A stretch of 64,000 bases of DNA from an uncultured bacterium (GCA_963702025.1 OY969699.1:96001-160000), one strand, 5' to 3'; numbered from the stretch's first letter, positions 21,155 to 31,778 are shown. The notes: a model not told the origin generated them from the letters alone. Program-made: numbers and translations.

Positions 21155-21731
21155 AAATATCCTCGTAATAAAAAGAAACATCTTATTTCCCACGCAACCA
21201 TTTCAAGGATTGCAACCATTGGCACCTACCGATTTGGATCTTATTCAGCAGAACAAAGAATTTCATCCGCGCCCCGTTATGGAAGAAGATGTAACCTATA
21301 AACAAATTATTCCCTATCTTATTTTCACGCACGCCGACCGCTACTTTTTAATGCAACGCACCGCAACCACATCTGAACAACGGCTTAAAAATAAATACTC
21401 TTTGGGCATCGGTGGACATATGCGGCAAGAAGATATGAATGAGCGGTCAACTATTTTTGAATGGGCGCATCGGGAATTTGAAGAAGAAATCGATTACCAA
21501 GGCAATCTTTCCATCACAACCTTGGGTATGCTCAATGATGATAGCAATCCGGTGGGGCAAGTGCATGTGGGGTTGGTGCTCCTTTTGCAAGGAGATAGCG
21601 ATGCTATTAAAGTGCGCTCAGAATTAAAGAGCGGCCAGTTATTGACCGCCCAAGAATGTCTTGCATTTTATGATCGCATGGAAAGCTGGAGCCAAATTAT
21701 TTTTGATGCAGCAATTAGAAGTGGTTTGTAA
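21147..21731 (+). CDS. NUDIX-family predicted phosphoesterase (COG4112/YmaB-like)
   Basis: YKQIIPY, EQRL..KYSLGIGGH, REFEEE, NDDSNPVGQVHVG. Confidence 0.88.
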   Translation: MNENILVIKRNILFPTQPFQGLQPLAPTDLDLIQQNKEFHPRPVMEEDVTYKQIIPYLIFTHADRYFLMQRTATTSEQRLKNKYSLGIGGHMRQEDMNERSTIFEWAHREFEEEIDYQGNLSITTLGMLNDDSNPVGQVHVGLVLLLQGDSDAIKVRSELKSGQLLTAQECLAFYDRMESWSQIIFDAAIRSGL

Positions 21732-21751
21732 AGCATTTCACAATTTTCTTT

Positions 21752-22318
21752 TTACTTTTGAATAGAAAATGCTTCAAATTTTGAATCGACAAGATTTTCA
21801 CCTTTAAGAGTAAGTTGAATCACCCAGTAATCTTTCCCTTTTGTTGGATCGAATTGAATTACATCTGCCTGAGGCTCTTTTTGATATCTGGAAGGGAACT
21901 GAAGCATTGCAGCAAAAGTACCGCTTTCGCCATCCCTGCTTAAAAACAACATTAAAAGAGTTCTTTCTTTATTTTTTATTGATAATGCCGCTGTTCGTAC
22001 ATAATCAGGAAATCCGGTTAGTGCAGACGGTGTAACAGGGACCGGTTTATCGATGAATGTTTCAGTTTTTCGGGGTATTAATGCATAAGGATCCCCTGCT
22101 GCACTCACAATGTTGTATAATTCATCTGTTTTATTATCGACGCGTAACCACATTGTCCCTGCTTCCTCTTTTTCAGGAGACAAAAATTGGAACTCACCTG
22201 GCTTGAATTCTTTTGTTAAAATCTTAACTATAGGATTTTCCATTGAGAAAGAATTTAAAGGGAATAAAAAAATTAAAATTGAAAATCTAACTATATTTTG
22301 TAAAGTGGCATTCTTCAT
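21752..22318 (-). CDS. Secreted hypothetical protein
   Basis: Signal peptide, GGAG SD, 188 aa. Confidence 0.75.
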   Translation of the reverse strand: MKNATLQNIVRFSILIFLFPLNSFSMENPIVKILTKEFKPGEFQFLSPEKEEAGTMWLRVDNKTDELYNIVSAAGDPYALIPRKTETFIDKPVPVTPSALTGFPDYVRTAALSIKNKERTLLMLFLSRDGESGTFAAMLQFPSRYQKEPQADVIQFDPTKGKDYWVIQLTLKGENLVDSKFEAFSIQK

Positions 22319-22369
22319 CTATTTATCTCCAATATTAAAATAATTCTCATACGATCCGGGTTCCCGCTT

Positions 22370-22702
22370 TTATCCTTTTGCATAGCCACGCTCAATAGTA
22401 ACAGTTGCTTGGGATCGTCCTGGCGGAGTTAATACTACATAATTGAATTCTCCAGGACCCGTAGTATTTTCATCAAAAGTAAAAGTAAACTCATCAGTAC
22501 CCCCGAGCAAATATACCTGTCCATTTTTTCTTTCTGTCGGCCCAAAGATATACGGCCAATGCAAGTCTTCCACAAGGGGTGCTAAGTGGCCCGTAACAAC
22601 TTTTTCACCATTTGCATACAATAGAGCATTTTTCGCTTGCATAGCAATGGCATTAGTAGAAATTAGGACTGCTATACTGAGCCCTAATAAAAGAGATTTC
22701 AT
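22370..22702 (-). CDS. Secreted hypothetical protein
   Basis: Signal peptide ending AIA. Confidence 0.7.
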   Translation of the reverse strand: MKSLLLGLSIAVLISTNAIAMQAKNALLYANGEKVVTGHLAPLVEDLHWPYIFGPTERKNGQVYLLGGTDEFTFTFDENTTGPGEFNYVVLTPPGRSQATVTIERGYAKG

Positions 22703-22967
22703 TATTTTTCCTTACAATAAAAGATTTTATTCAAAATATTAATTCTAATTGTAATTATATATGGCGAGAAGAGAAAATGCAAGATTTTTTAATAAAATTC
22801 TAAGAAACCTAACGAATTTTACTTTATGTTAAGGCATTTTTCCTGAAATCTCCCTACACTAGCCATTTAAATATTTTTACAATATCTGACAAATAGGCAA
22901 TAAATTTGTTAAGCTTTTTATTTGTTAAGCTTTTAAATGATAATAATGAACTTAAAAAAGGGGAAAC

Positions 22968-23637
22968 ATATTCAAAAATAGAGACGTTATTCTTTTATTG
23001 CTAAGTGGAATTGGGCTATCTATTTCTGCTATGCAAAAACAAGAAAATATTACTCCAAACATATCGAGCAAGTTTTTTATCGGTACGATAACTAATAATA
23101 CGAATCAAAACCTTATTATTCAGGAAGAAGAGCCAACAAGAATAATTGCTCAAATTGGAGCACATAACAAAGTAAATGTGTCGCAGAAATTAGCATTAAT
23201 CGACTTAGGCAATCAGTATTAAATATTTCACAATTAAACATGCGATCGATTTACATCCAAAATTACAGATACTTCTATTTTCTACCTTAGGCAAAAATAC
23301 ATTCGGTGTCAGGATGACTGCGATACATAAAACAATATCCGATACAACGCAGTATGATCCCTTTTGGGAGTCTTCACTTTTTGATATAAGGCAACTTGTT
23401 GGTCGGCAGGTGGTTATAAACATTACCATCAACAAAGATAACTTAGAAAAGTCTGTAGTTGAATTGGTTAATTTACCTGCGACCGAGCCACCCTCACTGG
23501 TGGATCTTTCAATCAAATCACTTGCGGAAAAAGTGATCGATAAAACAATAAGTTTGGAACAAATAAAACAAAATCTTCCTGAAGAAGTATTTGAAAGAAT
23601 TATCAATTATATTACTGAACAGACCAGCCAAAAATAG
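22968..23637 (+). pseudogene. Frameshifted secreted protein with C-terminal SOCS/BC-box-like motif
   Basis: AAGGGG SD then ATA in place of ATG at 22968; signal peptide; frame change near 23205-23222; tail PPSLVDLSIKSLA...LPEEVFERI. Confidence 0.65.
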
Positions 23638-23638
23638 C

Positions 23639-25585
23639 TTAATTACTCTCTTTAATATATTGATCAACCACTTCTTCAAGAACCGTTAAGGGTGCAGCGG
23701 CTAATTTTAAGACAACATTGTGAAATTCACGAATATCAAATTTGCTGCCAAGCGCATCTTTTGCTCGTTGACGCAATTCAAGAATTTTAAGTTGGCCGAT
23801 TTTATATGAGCACGCTTGCCCGGGCAGCACAAAATAACGCTCCACTTCAGTTGCCATACTTTCTGGCAATGAGCCGGTAACTTCTACCATGTAATTAATT
23901 GCCTGCTCACGTGTCCAGCGTTTTTTATGAATACCGGTATCCACCACCAAACGCGCCGCTCTAAACAGTTCATCGCCTAAATGACCCAATTGCGCAAATG
24001 ATGAGGAATAAAATCCTTGTTCATAGGCAAGCTTTTCTGTGTAAAGCGCCCATCCTTCATAAAAAGCAGTGTAATCACCCAGCTTACGCAACACGGGCAT
24101 CTCCATTTCTAGTTGCAAGGCAATTTGAAAATGATGACCTGGCTCAGCTTCATGGATCGTTAAAGTTTCCATGTGATATTTAGGCACTTCTTTCATGCTG
24201 CGCAAGTTGGCAAAGAAAATACCCGGCCGCGATCCATCCATACTTGCTTGCGCATAGTAGGCTCCCGGCTGACCTTCTTCTTCATGGGAAGGTACTGCTT
24301 GAATTTTTAATTTTGCTTTTGGTTTTATATCAAAAAGTGGATAGAGCTCTTTACGGGAACGTTCACAAATTGCTTCAAATTCCGCCAAACATTGCTTTTT
24401 GCCTTCTTGCGTTTCGGGAAAATAAAAACGTTCGTCTTTTGCCAATTCTTGCATCAGTTGACCAACGGTTTTTGCCGGATCATTGAGCCCTTCACGGATA
24501 AAAATTGCGCGCATTTGCGCATGAATCTGCGCAACCTCTTTAAGCCCAAGTTCATGAATATCATCGGGGCTTAACGTTGTTGTGGTATGGCGCGCCAGTT
24601 GATGCGCGTAATATTCATCACCATGAGGTAAGGCCCACACACCGTTATTGGCAGTAAGCGTGCCGCGCAATTCCATACAAAAATCCCGCAATTTTTTATA
24701 TGCCGGATACACCACCGTTTCAATAGTTTTTTTTGCTTTTGCCAATAATTCTTTTTTCTCAATCCCCTCTAAATGTTCTATTTTTTTTGCAAGATTGAGG
24801 TAGTACATATTTTCTTCTATGCTATCCGGCAACGATCGATTAATGATATTGATAACTTTATCCACGGCAAAACAGGGCGGCGTAACGCCTAAACTTTGTT
24901 GATGCTTTAAGAGCGTAATGGCTTGATCAAATTGAGTTGGTATTGATTGTAGACGTGAAAAATAGTGATCACAATCCTCGGACAATTCTATTCTATGAAA
25001 TTCCATCAACGTCATAGAAAGATCGAGAAGAATGCCAAACATTTGATTTATTTTGTATTCATGGAATAAAAAACGCTCACCCTTAATATCATGATTGAGC
25101 TTCCACAAAAAAATTTTATGCGAAAGCCTTTGATCAGGTGTTAATTTCTCAAGCGGATATTTCTGTAATACTTCTAAGTTTTTTTTCTTTTCACGAAGGT
25201 CTAACTCAAATACGGCTGGACTCACATCGTTAAGATATGCATTATGCTCACGAATGCCGATCGATTCAAAAAGCCCAAGATAAGTTAACATCTGCGGATC
25301 ATGCTTGATCATACTTAAAAATAGATGATCAAAAAAATCATCTATATTTTCCGGCGTTTCATTTTTCCAGGGATACTCAAGGCCCAGTGCATCACCTGTT
25401 TTAAGTGCCGCTACGATTTTAAGCGCATTTTCTTTCTTGTTTTTAGCGACTTGCATAAGCGCCTCCCAATAATAATCTTGATTCGATCTGTCTGAAAATA
25501 ATCCATTGCCGGCAATCGGCACATTCATAGTGGGTGCACAAAATCCGGCACATACTAATACTAAAAATATTTTAGTAAAATTCAT
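23639..25585 (-). CDS. DUF885 family protein (putative metallopeptidase)
   Basis: HEAEPGHHFQ, YEGWALYTE, RAARLVVDTGIH, PGQACSYKIG. Confidence 0.92.
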   Translation of the reverse strand: MNFTKIFLVLVCAGFCAPTMNVPIAGNGLFSDRSNQDYYWEALMQVAKNKKENALKIVAALKTGDALGLEYPWKNETPENIDDFFDHLFLSMIKHDPQMLTYLGLFESIGIREHNAYLNDVSPAVFELDLREKKKNLEVLQKYPLEKLTPDQRLSHKIFLWKLNHDIKGERFLFHEYKINQMFGILLDLSMTLMEFHRIELSEDCDHYFSRLQSIPTQFDQAITLLKHQQSLGVTPPCFAVDKVINIINRSLPDSIEENMYYLNLAKKIEHLEGIEKKELLAKAKKTIETVVYPAYKKLRDFCMELRGTLTANNGVWALPHGDEYYAHQLARHTTTTLSPDDIHELGLKEVAQIHAQMRAIFIREGLNDPAKTVGQLMQELAKDERFYFPETQEGKKQCLAEFEAICERSRKELYPLFDIKPKAKLKIQAVPSHEEEGQPGAYYAQASMDGSRPGIFFANLRSMKEVPKYHMETLTIHEAEPGHHFQIALQLEMEMPVLRKLGDYTAFYEGWALYTEKLAYEQGFYSSSFAQLGHLGDELFRAARLVVDTGIHKKRWTREQAINYMVEVTGSLPESMATEVERYFVLPGQACSYKIGQLKILELRQRAKDALGSKFDIREFHNVVLKLAAAPLTVLEEVVDQYIKESN

Positions 25586-25610
25586 TCCCTATTCCTTTTT
25601 TTAATTCGGA

Positions 25611-26669
25611 TTACATGTTAAGCATTTCTGCATTCTTTTTTGCTAGAGCCACTAAATCTTTACCCTCATTGGCATAGTTTGGAATATGAGGCAGATCTAA
25701 TTTTTTAAACAATGCATGTAGAAAATTTTCATAATTTCTTGCATCTTTTTGATTACCGGCCACATAATTGCCATGGCTTGAATCTTCAAGTATCTCTAAA
25801 TAAACATTTTCATGGCCCGCTTGCACTAATGCGCGTACCAGCTTTTTTGTTTCTACTTCGGGCACTTGTTTATCAGCTTTTGATGTAATAAAGGCAACAG
25901 GAATATGTTTTGGAAAATCATGCACCATATCAAAAGGATTAATGCCATCTTTTTTATATGCGGTGAAGGTGGTGAATAAAGTTTCTATAGCCTTTATATA
26001 TATCTGAGATTTATAGAGCGTGTGCAAGGTACTATCAACGCTTCCATAACATGCTTCAAGAATAATAAGTCCGACTCTCTCAAGCAGTTGCGGATTCTCT
26101 TTGTTGGCGAATCCTGCGGCTAAAAAAGTTGCCGCCGCACCCAGAGAAGGGCCTGCCCAAATTTGTTTATCCTTTAATCTTGGTTCTTTGCAAAATGAAC
26201 TAACCCGCTTGTGGTGTTCTACCACATCCGGATATTGTCCCAAGGTAACTATTCCCCAATCAATTGAATGTGCCGAAAGAGTTTTTATTGGTGAATCATT
26301 CGGCTCTTGCTGTACTTGTATACCTTCTTGCAGGTATGCTTTGCGTATTACATGTTCTTGAAATGTTTGCAATGGATGCAACATTTTTTTTATTGTGCAC
26401 TCATCCCGCGATGCAAGAATTACTTCTTCAAGTTCCGGATCAACCCAAATATTTTGAAAAATATCTATTCCTTTGTTGCAAACGATATATTCGCCCGTGG
26501 TTGGAGAAATAAATCCTCTATTAACCATATACTGAGAACCTTCAGCTTGCGAATTACCAGAGCTCTGATAATAGATCACGCACGCATTAATACCTTTTGG
26601 ACTAACCCATTCTTGGCAGTTTAGTTCTACAAAACAGAGGAAAACCAAAATTACAGAGATATTTTTCAT
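25611..26669 (-). CDS. Secreted alpha/beta hydrolase (paralog 1)
   Basis: GPSLG nucleophile elbow, D in SKADKQVP, H in SSHG. Confidence 0.8.
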   Translation of the reverse strand: MKNISVILVFLCFVELNCQEWVSPKGINACVIYYQSSGNSQAEGSQYMVNRGFISPTTGEYIVCNKGIDIFQNIWVDPELEEVILASRDECTIKKMLHPLQTFQEHVIRKAYLQEGIQVQQEPNDSPIKTLSAHSIDWGIVTLGQYPDVVEHHKRVSSFCKEPRLKDKQIWAGPSLGAAATFLAAGFANKENPQLLERVGLIILEACYGSVDSTLHTLYKSQIYIKAIETLFTTFTAYKKDGINPFDMVHDFPKHIPVAFITSKADKQVPEVETKKLVRALVQAGHENVYLEILEDSSHGNYVAGNQKDARNYENFLHALFKKLDLPHIPNYANEGKDLVALAKKNAEMLNM

Positions 26670-26745
26670 AATGCCTCATTGTTGATTGATTCTTAATCAA
26701 GCTTAAATCAACAGCATTATATAAACAATATTCTTAAGTTCAAAT

Positions 26746-27831
26746 TCACTTCAATGCTTGTGCATTCATTCTGGCAGCTTCAACTAAATCTTTACCAGCA
26801 TCGGCATAAGCGGGTATGTAAGGAAGATTAAGATGCTTGCGAATTGCATGTGCAAAATTTTGATATTCTGTGCTATCACGCGGATCATCTTTCACGTACC
26901 CGGAATGTGATGAATTTCGCAGTTCAAGAAGATATAGATTTTCATGGCCCTCGGCAAGGAGTGCTTTAATGAGCTTTTTTGTGCATTCAGCCGGCACTTC
27001 TCTGTCTTTGGCAGAAGTGATAAAAGCAATCGGGATATGTTTTGGATAATCTTTAACCGCTTTAATCGGCGATGGGCCTTCCTTTCTAAATGCAATCACT
27101 TTTCGTGCCATCTTTTCAAGCACATTCAAACACGCATCATATCTGAGCAACCATGGATGGCGCGCTTTCATGGTATGCTCAACATCATCAAAGCACCCTT
27201 CGAGCTGAATCAACTTTGTGGTATCAAGAATCGAGTGCTTTTCTTTGTTATAGAGTGCTGCTGCTTGAGCAGTTGTTCCAGCACCACGTGAAACACCCTT
27301 TAAAATTTTAGGAGTTTTCGGATTGGCTGCAAGACACGCCTCAACCCGCTTGCGGTGATTTGCCAAATCGCCTTCTTGTGCAATGTTAATTTTAGAAACG
27401 ATCACCGAATGAGCGGCAAGCGTTTGGGCTTTTGTTGGCAATTGCCTTATCACCCGTATGCCATGTATATAATGTGAAATGCGTGAAATAGTTTCATGGG
27501 CATATTGCCACAAATTTTTAATTAAGTTTCTTGGTTGCAAGCATAGTGATTTCCACGATCGGTTGGTTGGCGCGGGAACTACCTCATCAATCTCAGGCTC
27601 TACCCAGAGATCATCAATTATATCAATAGATTTATCACATACGATATGCTCACCAGTGGTTGGCGAAATAAAACCATGCTTACCAGTGTATTTGGCACCT
27701 TGTGTTTGTGAACAATTCATACTTTGATAAAAAATGGTAATTGCTTTTTCACCAGTCGGATATACCCATTCTTGAGCACAAACATTACTTGCTACAAGAA
27801 GCGATAGCACAACAAAAGACTTGCGTATCAT
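26746..27831 (-). CDS. Secreted alpha/beta hydrolase (paralog 2)
   Basis: GVSRG, SAKDREVP, SSHS; shares QEWV.P.G, GFISPTTGE, PKHIP.AFITS with neighbour. Confidence 0.8.
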   Translation of the reverse strand: MIRKSFVVLSLLVASNVCAQEWVYPTGEKAITIFYQSMNCSQTQGAKYTGKHGFISPTTGEHIVCDKSIDIIDDLWVEPEIDEVVPAPTNRSWKSLCLQPRNLIKNLWQYAHETISRISHYIHGIRVIRQLPTKAQTLAAHSVIVSKINIAQEGDLANHRKRVEACLAANPKTPKILKGVSRGAGTTAQAAALYNKEKHSILDTTKLIQLEGCFDDVEHTMKARHPWLLRYDACLNVLEKMARKVIAFRKEGPSPIKAVKDYPKHIPIAFITSAKDREVPAECTKKLIKALLAEGHENLYLLELRNSSHSGYVKDDPRDSTEYQNFAHAIRKHLNLPYIPAYADAGKDLVEAARMNAQALK

Positions 27832-27865
27832 ATTCTATTATCCTTAAAAGAGGTAATAAATTTGC

Positions 27866-27903
27866 CGTTCGCTTCGAACAAGATACCTTATTCGAGCGAA
27901 CAG
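27866..27903. repeat. Intergenic palindromic hairpin (REP-like or terminator)
   Basis: GTTCGCT.CGAA.AAG...CTT.TTCGAGCGAAC. Confidence 0.5.
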
Positions 27904-27931
27904 CTTATAATTAATTGGATAGTTTCTATTA

Positions 27932-28543
27932 TTAAACAGTTAAAGTAACACGATTTGTAGAAAGTACAAATCGTTCAGCTGTTTCAACATCAATAACGCT
28001 AAAATCAAATGCCGTAGTAAAATTTTCAGTCGGCACAAAGATCAATCCGTTAATACTGCTGTATGGCGTTATTTCTTGGTTATGTACTGTTTTTTGATCA
28101 AAGTCAGCGTCCAACTGTTTATTTGCTTCCGCGGAATTGACGCTATCAATAACGGCAGGAATTAATAAAGGCCAGAAAAACAATCCGGGAATGCCATACC
28201 CTGCAGCACGTGCGGCAGTGGATGTGTGTACTTTTTTGGCAATTTCATCAGGACTGACTACCGCCACACTGAAGCTATCCATATCTAAATTTAAGCGACG
28301 GCTTGAATTATTGGTTAACGTAATGTGAATTGGCTGATACCCTTGTTCAATTACATCGCGATCAAGATATTGCTTGCAATCACGCTTATTAAATACATGA
28401 TACGCAAACGAAAGTGATTTATCTTTTGAACCGGGACGAACACCGGTATTTAATTTTACCAGAGGACGTGCTTTATATCCTGCGCAGCCTGCCAAACCAA
28501 GAAGAACAACGCAAAGGAGTGCTGAAATTTGCAATGATTTCAT
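27932..28543 (-). CDS. Lipoprotein, hypothetical
   Basis: LAGC lipobox; internal hydrophobic helix. Confidence 0.8.
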   Translation of the reverse strand: MKSLQISALLCVVLLGLAGCAGYKARPLVKLNTGVRPGSKDKSLSFAYHVFNKRDCKQYLDRDVIEQGYQPIHITLTNNSSRRLNLDMDSFSVAVVSPDEIAKKVHTSTAARAAGYGIPGLFFWPLLIPAVIDSVNSAEANKQLDADFDQKTVHNQEITPYSSINGLIFVPTENFTTAFDFSVIDVETAERFVLSTNRVTLTV

Positions 28544-28712
28544 TGAAAAAACCTCATTTTAGAACAATTAAAATAATACATACAACAAATCTATCCCAGT
28601 TGACAATTTTTGTCAAAATGCCTTTATTCAACAGTTCAACTCTTCAAATATTAATATTTACAAATAGAGAATTGATATCAAGAGAATAGAATGCGGCCAT
28701 TTTTTCTCATAT

Positions 28713-28741
28713 TTGCCTCTCCTCCTTATTTATGATACGCT
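28713..28741 (+). promoter_or_regulatory. Putative sigma70 promoter of rpsA
   Basis: TTGCCT-N17-TACGCT. Confidence 0.4.
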
Positions 28742-28830
28742 AAAAACATCTATTTCTATTATATTTTAACCATGTAACCCTTATTCTCAAATAAGGAATT
28801 GGCACTCCCGCCAAAAAGGAACATTTCTTT

Positions 28831-30657
28831 ATGTCAAAAGAAGTTATAAAACCCAGTCAATTTGCTCATGCCGATCGCTCCGCTCTTTTAGAAGAAGCGG
28901 TACTCTCCAAAAGTGAAGAGCAACACAAAGATCTTGCAGCACTCTATAGTGGCATGCTTGAAAAAGTTTCTACCGGCAAATTGGTGAAGGGTACCATCCT
29001 TAAGGTTGAAAATGACGGCGTTTTGGTCGACATCAACTTTAAATCGGATGGCTTTATTCCTCGTTTTGAATTCTCTGAACATGAATTAAAAAAATTTAAA
29101 GCTGGCGATGCTATCGAAGTGATCCTCGATGAGATGGAAAGCAACGAAGGCAGCGTTATTCTTTCCTATGAAAAAGCAAAAGCCCTCAAGGCATGGGATG
29201 AAATTACCCGTCTCTTTGAAGAAGGCAAACCCGCTGAAGGTACCGTTACCCATAAAGTAAAAGGTGGCTTGAGCGTTGATATTGGTATTCCTGCATTCTT
29301 ACCAGGATCACAAATTGATCTGCAACGCGTTGTTGATTTTGATCAATACGTTGGTCAAACAATCACTGCCGCTATCATTAAGATCAACAAGAAACGTGGC
29401 AACGTTATTATTTCTCGCAGAAAATATCTTTCTGAAGCGCGTTCAGAAACACGTAAAAAAGTTCTTGATACTCTTTCTGAAAATCAAATTATTCAAGGCA
29501 TGGTCAAGAATATCACCAATTATGGTGTATTCATTGATATTGGCGGTGTAGATGGCTTGCTCCATATCACCGATATGACCTGGGGTCGCATCTCCCACCC
29601 AAGCGAAATGGTAAAAATCGGCGAAACTATTACGGTAAAAGTTCTTTCATTTGATAAAGATAATGAAAAGATCTCTCTGGGCCTTAAACAGTTAACCGAC
29701 AATCCTTGGGAAAAAGCAGCTGAAACACTCAAAGTCGGCCAAAAAATCAAAGGCAAAATTGCCAGCATCACCGATTATGGCTTATTCGTAGAAGTTATGA
29801 AAGGCGTTGAAGGGCTTGTGCACATTTCTGAAGTTTCATGGACCGATCGCATTAACGATCTTCATGGCAAATTCAAAGTGGGCCAAGAGATCGAAGTGCT
29901 TGTTGTATCTCTGGATAAAGAAAACCGCCGCATGTCTTTAAGCGTTAAACAGCTTGAAAAGAATCCATGGGAACAAGTTGAAGAACAATTCAAAGTTGGC
30001 CAACATGTTAAAGGCACCATCAGCAACATTACCGATTTTGGTATCTTCGTTCAATTGCTACCGGGCATCGATGGATTGGTTCATATTTCTGATCTTTCAT
30101 GGACAGAACATATAGATCATCCAAGTGACATCTACAAAAAAGGTGACACCGTTGAAGCCGTGGTTCTTGCTGTTGATAAAAACAACAAAAAGATCTCATT
30201 GGGCGTTAAACAATTGCAACAAGATCCGTGGGACACGATTGAAAAAGAATACCCTATCAATAGCACTATTGAAGGTGTTGTTTCCAAGATCACCAATTTT
30301 GGTGCATTTGTGAAATTGCCAAGTGGCATTGAAGGATTGGTGCACATTTCCGAGCTTGCAAATCATAACGTTAATAAAGTTGAAGATGTACTCAAAGTTG
30401 GTCAAAAAGAACAATTTAGAGTTATTAATGTCAACAAAGAAGAACGTAGACTTGGTTTAAGCTTGAAAAAAGAAGGCACTTCTGAAGCGCCGGTACGAGA
30501 AACCGAACGCAAAGAACGCCCGAGCAAATCGGCTGACAGAGTTGAAAAACAACAAAAATCAACCATGTCACCAAAGACCAAGAACCTGTTCCAATTAGAG
30601 TTGGAAAAATATGCAGCGCGCAACAAGGATTCTAATGACTCAGAAGATAAGGAATAA
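28831..30657 (+). CDS. rpsA: 30S ribosomal protein S1
   Basis: Six S1 repeats (VKNITNYGVFIDIGGVDGLLHITD etc.). Confidence 0.98.
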   Translation: MSKEVIKPSQFAHADRSALLEEAVLSKSEEQHKDLAALYSGMLEKVSTGKLVKGTILKVENDGVLVDINFKSDGFIPRFEFSEHELKKFKAGDAIEVILDEMESNEGSVILSYEKAKALKAWDEITRLFEEGKPAEGTVTHKVKGGLSVDIGIPAFLPGSQIDLQRVVDFDQYVGQTITAAIIKINKKRGNVIISRRKYLSEARSETRKKVLDTLSENQIIQGMVKNITNYGVFIDIGGVDGLLHITDMTWGRISHPSEMVKIGETITVKVLSFDKDNEKISLGLKQLTDNPWEKAAETLKVGQKIKGKIASITDYGLFVEVMKGVEGLVHISEVSWTDRINDLHGKFKVGQEIEVLVVSLDKENRRMSLSVKQLEKNPWEQVEEQFKVGQHVKGTISNITDFGIFVQLLPGIDGLVHISDLSWTEHIDHPSDIYKKGDTVEAVVLAVDKNNKKISLGVKQLQQDPWDTIEKEYPINSTIEGVVSKITNFGAFVKLPSGIEGLVHISELANHNVNKVEDVLKVGQKEQFRVINVNKEERRLGLSLKKEGTSEAPVRETERKERPSKSADRVEKQQKSTMSPKTKNLFQLELEKYAARNKDSNDSEDKE

Positions 30658-30665
30658 GGAAGCTC

Positions 30666-31076
30666 ATGATTGAACGCACCTTTGCCATGATCAAACCCGA
30701 TGCTGTTACCGCTAAAAATAGTGGCAAAATCATCGATATGATCGAAAAGAATGGCTTCACTATCCTTGCAATGCGCAAAACCAAACTCGATACTAAGAAA
30801 GCGGAAGAATTTTATGCAGTGCATAAAGAACGCCCTTTTTATGGTGAACTGGTTTCATTTGTTACATCAGGTCCGGTTATTCTGATGGCACTTGAGCGCG
30901 ATAATGCCGTAAAAGCATGGCGCGATCTCATGGGCGCCACCGATCCGCTGAAGGCTGAAAATGGCACCATTCGTAAACTGTTTGGCACCAATATCGGCAT
31001 TAATGCGGCACACGGATCCGATGCTCCTGAAACGGCAAAAACAGAGTTGTTGCTCTTTTTTCCTGATTTGAAATGA
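30666..31076 (+). CDS. ndk: Nucleoside diphosphate kinase
   Basis: ERTFAMIKPDAV, HKERPFY, NAAHGSD. Confidence 0.97.
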   Translation: MIERTFAMIKPDAVTAKNSGKIIDMIEKNGFTILAMRKTKLDTKKAEEFYAVHKERPFYGELVSFVTSGPVILMALERDNAVKAWRDLMGATDPLKAENGTIRKLFGTNIGINAAHGSDAPETAKTELLLFFPDLK

Positions 31077-31111
31077 AGCGCACAATTGCTTTAAATCCGT
31101 ATCGCGCTGAA

Positions 31112-31137
31112 ATTCTTCGAAGCTTTAGCGAAGTAGA
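31112..31137. repeat. Short REP-like palindrome
   Basis: TTCTTCGAAGCTTTAGCGAAGTAG. Confidence 0.4.
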
Positions 31138-31152
31138 ATAACAAACAATAAT

Positions 31153-31189
31153 AAGAGGGAACGGATAAAACCGTTCCCTTCTTTTTTTT
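31153..31189 (+). terminator. Terminator after rpsA-ndk
   Basis: AGGGAACGG-loop-CCGTTCCCT + T tract. Confidence 0.8.
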
Positions 31190-31202
31190 CATAGGTATTA
31201 CC

Positions 31203-31727
31203 ATGAAACATTTCTCTATTTTTGGCCTTACTGTTCTTGCACTGACCATTTTTGGATTTTATTATCTTTCGCGCAAATCAACATGCTGTGGCGGTTGTGT
31301 TGCTCATGATCACAATCACGTTGAGCGCACTCTTGCAATAATCAAACCCGATGCAGATGCAGCTGGTAATGCGGCAAATATTAAAACTGCCATCGAAAAT
31401 AGTGGCTTTAAGATTGTTGCGCAAAAAGAAATTACCATCGATAAAGAAACGGCAGAAAAGTTTTATGCAACCCATAAAGATAAGCCTTTCTTTAATGATT
31501 TAATCTCATATATCACTTCCGGTCCATCTATCGTTATGATCCTCGAAAAGGAAAATGCAGTTTCTGCATGGCGCAATCGTATGGGAGCCACTGATCCTGA
31601 AAAAGCGGATGTTGGCACTATTCGCCAATTATATGGCACCGATATTCAACGCAATGCGGTTCACGGTTCTGATTCAATAGAAAGTGCACAAAAAGAAATT
31701 CAGATATTTTTTCCTGACTTCAAATAA
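31203..31727 (+). CDS. ndk: Second nucleoside diphosphate kinase with N-terminal membrane anchor and Cys/His linker
   Basis: Hydrophobic N-terminus, CCGGCVAHDHNH, then ERTLAIIKPDA...NAVHGSDS. Confidence 0.92.
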   Translation: MKHFSIFGLTVLALTIFGFYYLSRKSTCCGGCVAHDHNHVERTLAIIKPDADAAGNAANIKTAIENSGFKIVAQKEITIDKETAEKFYATHKDKPFFNDLISYITSGPSIVMILEKENAVSAWRNRMGATDPEKADVGTIRQLYGTDIQRNAVHGSDSIESAQKEIQIFFPDFK

Positions 31728-31746
31728 ATTTTAGAAAAATTACATA

Positions 31747-31778
31747 AATTTACCACCGGTGATTATCGGTGGTAAATT
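31747..31778. terminator. Bidirectional terminator
   Basis: AATTTACCACCG-loop-CGGTGGTAAATT between convergent genes. Confidence 0.75.

Noticed and set aside
22905..22934. TTTGTTAAGCTTTT direct repeat x2
   Set aside because: Short AT-rich duplication beside a pseudogene; no evidence of function
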